Shown here in pieces: positions 63,057-64,000 of a stretch of 64,000 bases of DNA. The stretch is from Phycisphaerae bacterium (lineage in GTDB: Bacteria; Planctomycetota; Phycisphaerae; UBA1845; JANYLN01), in contig JAWLBS010000001.1 of NCBI GenBank assembly GCA_041687575.1, forward strand, positions 2,700-66,699, read 5' to 3'. The translations under genes and the position numbers were made by a program. The notes beneath the pieces were generated by a model that did no database searches, was not told where the DNA came from, and saw nothing but the letters and a program-made list of their open reading frames with translations. How positions within the stretch are numbered: position 1 is the first letter of the stretch; the number at the start of each line of letters is the position of its first letter.

Positions 63057-63983
63057 TTACAACCCCTCCATCACCGCCGCGGCAATCCGCCGGCCGATCT
63101 CGGCGTATTCGGCCGGCGTCAGGACCTTCTGCTCGATCTGGCTGTACGGGGTCTCCACGCTCATGGCGGGCAGGCCCAACGACGCCATGTGCGAGCAGAA
63201 CGTCGGCGTCTCCCAGCGGGAGGCGTAGCCGGCGACCCGGCCGAAGGGATCGGCCGCATAATCGCTGCCCAGTGCCGCCGCAAGCCGGTCCCCCCATCGC
63301 CGCGATGCTTCGTGGACGCCGGTGTACGTCCCCGGCTTGGGCAGAAACGCATAGCAGCCGGTCGCCTCGTGAAGCGACGGACCGTGAAAGTCGATGCCCC
63401 CGACCGGCCGGCAGCGCCGCCGCCATCGCGTGATGTCGCGCTGAAAGATCAGCACCTCGTGGCGCATCGCGGGCACGCCCCAGGCGCGGTTCAGGTCGTA
63501 AGGGAAGTTGTCCTTGCCGTAGTCGCCCTGCTCGACGCCATCGATATTGGTCAGCGGAACCGCCCAGATCAGCGGGGCCTTTTCGCCATGCGTCGCGATT
63601 TGACGCAAAAGGCCGTCCAGCACCCACGAACCGGGCGTCTCGGCGGCGTGCTGCCGGGCGGTGAGATACAGCCCGGGGCGATCGCTGCCCTCGGCTCCTG
63701 GAGCGTTGCTGAGTCGAACCAGCGGGCGCCCCGCCTGGCTGACGCCGATCGTATCGGCCTGCCAGAATCCGCCCGTCTCGCGGACCAGGGCCTCGACCTC
63801 GCCCATGCCGTACGGATAGCATGTCGCCACATCGAGGCGGCAGGCGTGTGTGTCAATCTCCCATACCGCCCGGGTCCGTCCGTCCGGCAGGACCTCGGCC
63901 CTGCCCGCGTCCAGGCGTTGCCACGTCTCGCCGTTCGGCCGGTAGACGGGGCGGATGGTCTCGGGCTTCGGCGCGGTCAGCAT
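63057..63983 (-). CDS. M14-like (zinc carboxypeptidase family) protein, possibly 5'-truncated by the window end
   Basis: LTARQHAAETPGSW (HxxE zinc-ligand context), DLNRAW, IDFHG. The frame stays open upstream of ATG 63983 to the window edge. Confidence 0.6.
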   Translation of the reverse strand: MLTAPKPETIRPVYRPNGETWQRLDAGRAEVLPDGRTRAVWEIDTHACRLDVATCYPYGMGEVEALVRETGGFWQADTIGVSQAGRPLVRLSNAPGAEGSDRPGLYLTARQHAAETPGSWVLDGLLRQIATHGEKAPLIWAVPLTNIDGVEQGDYGKDNFPYDLNRAWGVPAMRHEVLIFQRDITRWRRRCRPVGGIDFHGPSLHEATGCYAFLPKPGTYTGVHEASRRWGDRLAAALGSDYAADPFGRVAGYASRWETPTFCSHMASLGLPAMSVETPYSQIEQKVLTPAEYAEIGRRIAAAVMEGL

Positions 63984-64000
63984 GTTGTCCAGGTGTTTCA

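Overview
High-GC (mid-60s % by eye) bacterial chromosomal window. The gene content points to a Planctomycetota/Phycisphaerae-like organism (inference only): two PEP-CTERM proteins, a dockerin protein, a sulfatase, a GH78-like hydrolase, GspG-like pseudopilin domains and long repeat-filled intergenic spacers. I can support about 50 CDS, 2 tRNAs (Pro-GGG, Val-CAC), one 6S RNA that the ORF track cannot show, several sigma70-type promoters and several intrinsic terminators. The backbone is housekeeping: mutS, dnaE, rpmB, gatC/gatA/gatB, pntAA/pntAB/pntB, birA, rsmE, htrA, panE. Carbohydrate and surface genes and one ECF sigma module are mixed in. I see no CRISPR array, integrase, transposase, reverse transcriptase or recognisable multi-gene defence or toxin system, so I do not claim one. 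The best novelty candidates are: (1) a C15 homopolymer inside the spacer of a near-consensus extended -10 promoter upstream of a PEP-CTERM/HAF surface protein, with the whole unit bracketed by ~110-bp direct repeats; (2) BIME-like mosaics of short repeat modules, including GTAG-headed REP-type palindromes, in almost every long intergenic spacer, one of them 1.44 kb; (3) the gatC-gatA-gatB operon interrupted twice, once by a low-GC DUF3800-like gene; (4) an orphan RnfC-like protein with degenerate nucleotide-binding motifs but intact Fe-S motifs; (5) a translationally coupled sugar-transferase/ATP-grasp/HAD trio. All homology calls rest on motifs I recognise by eye. No database search was run. 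Many long antisense or alternative-frame ORFs in the track are high-GC artefacts.
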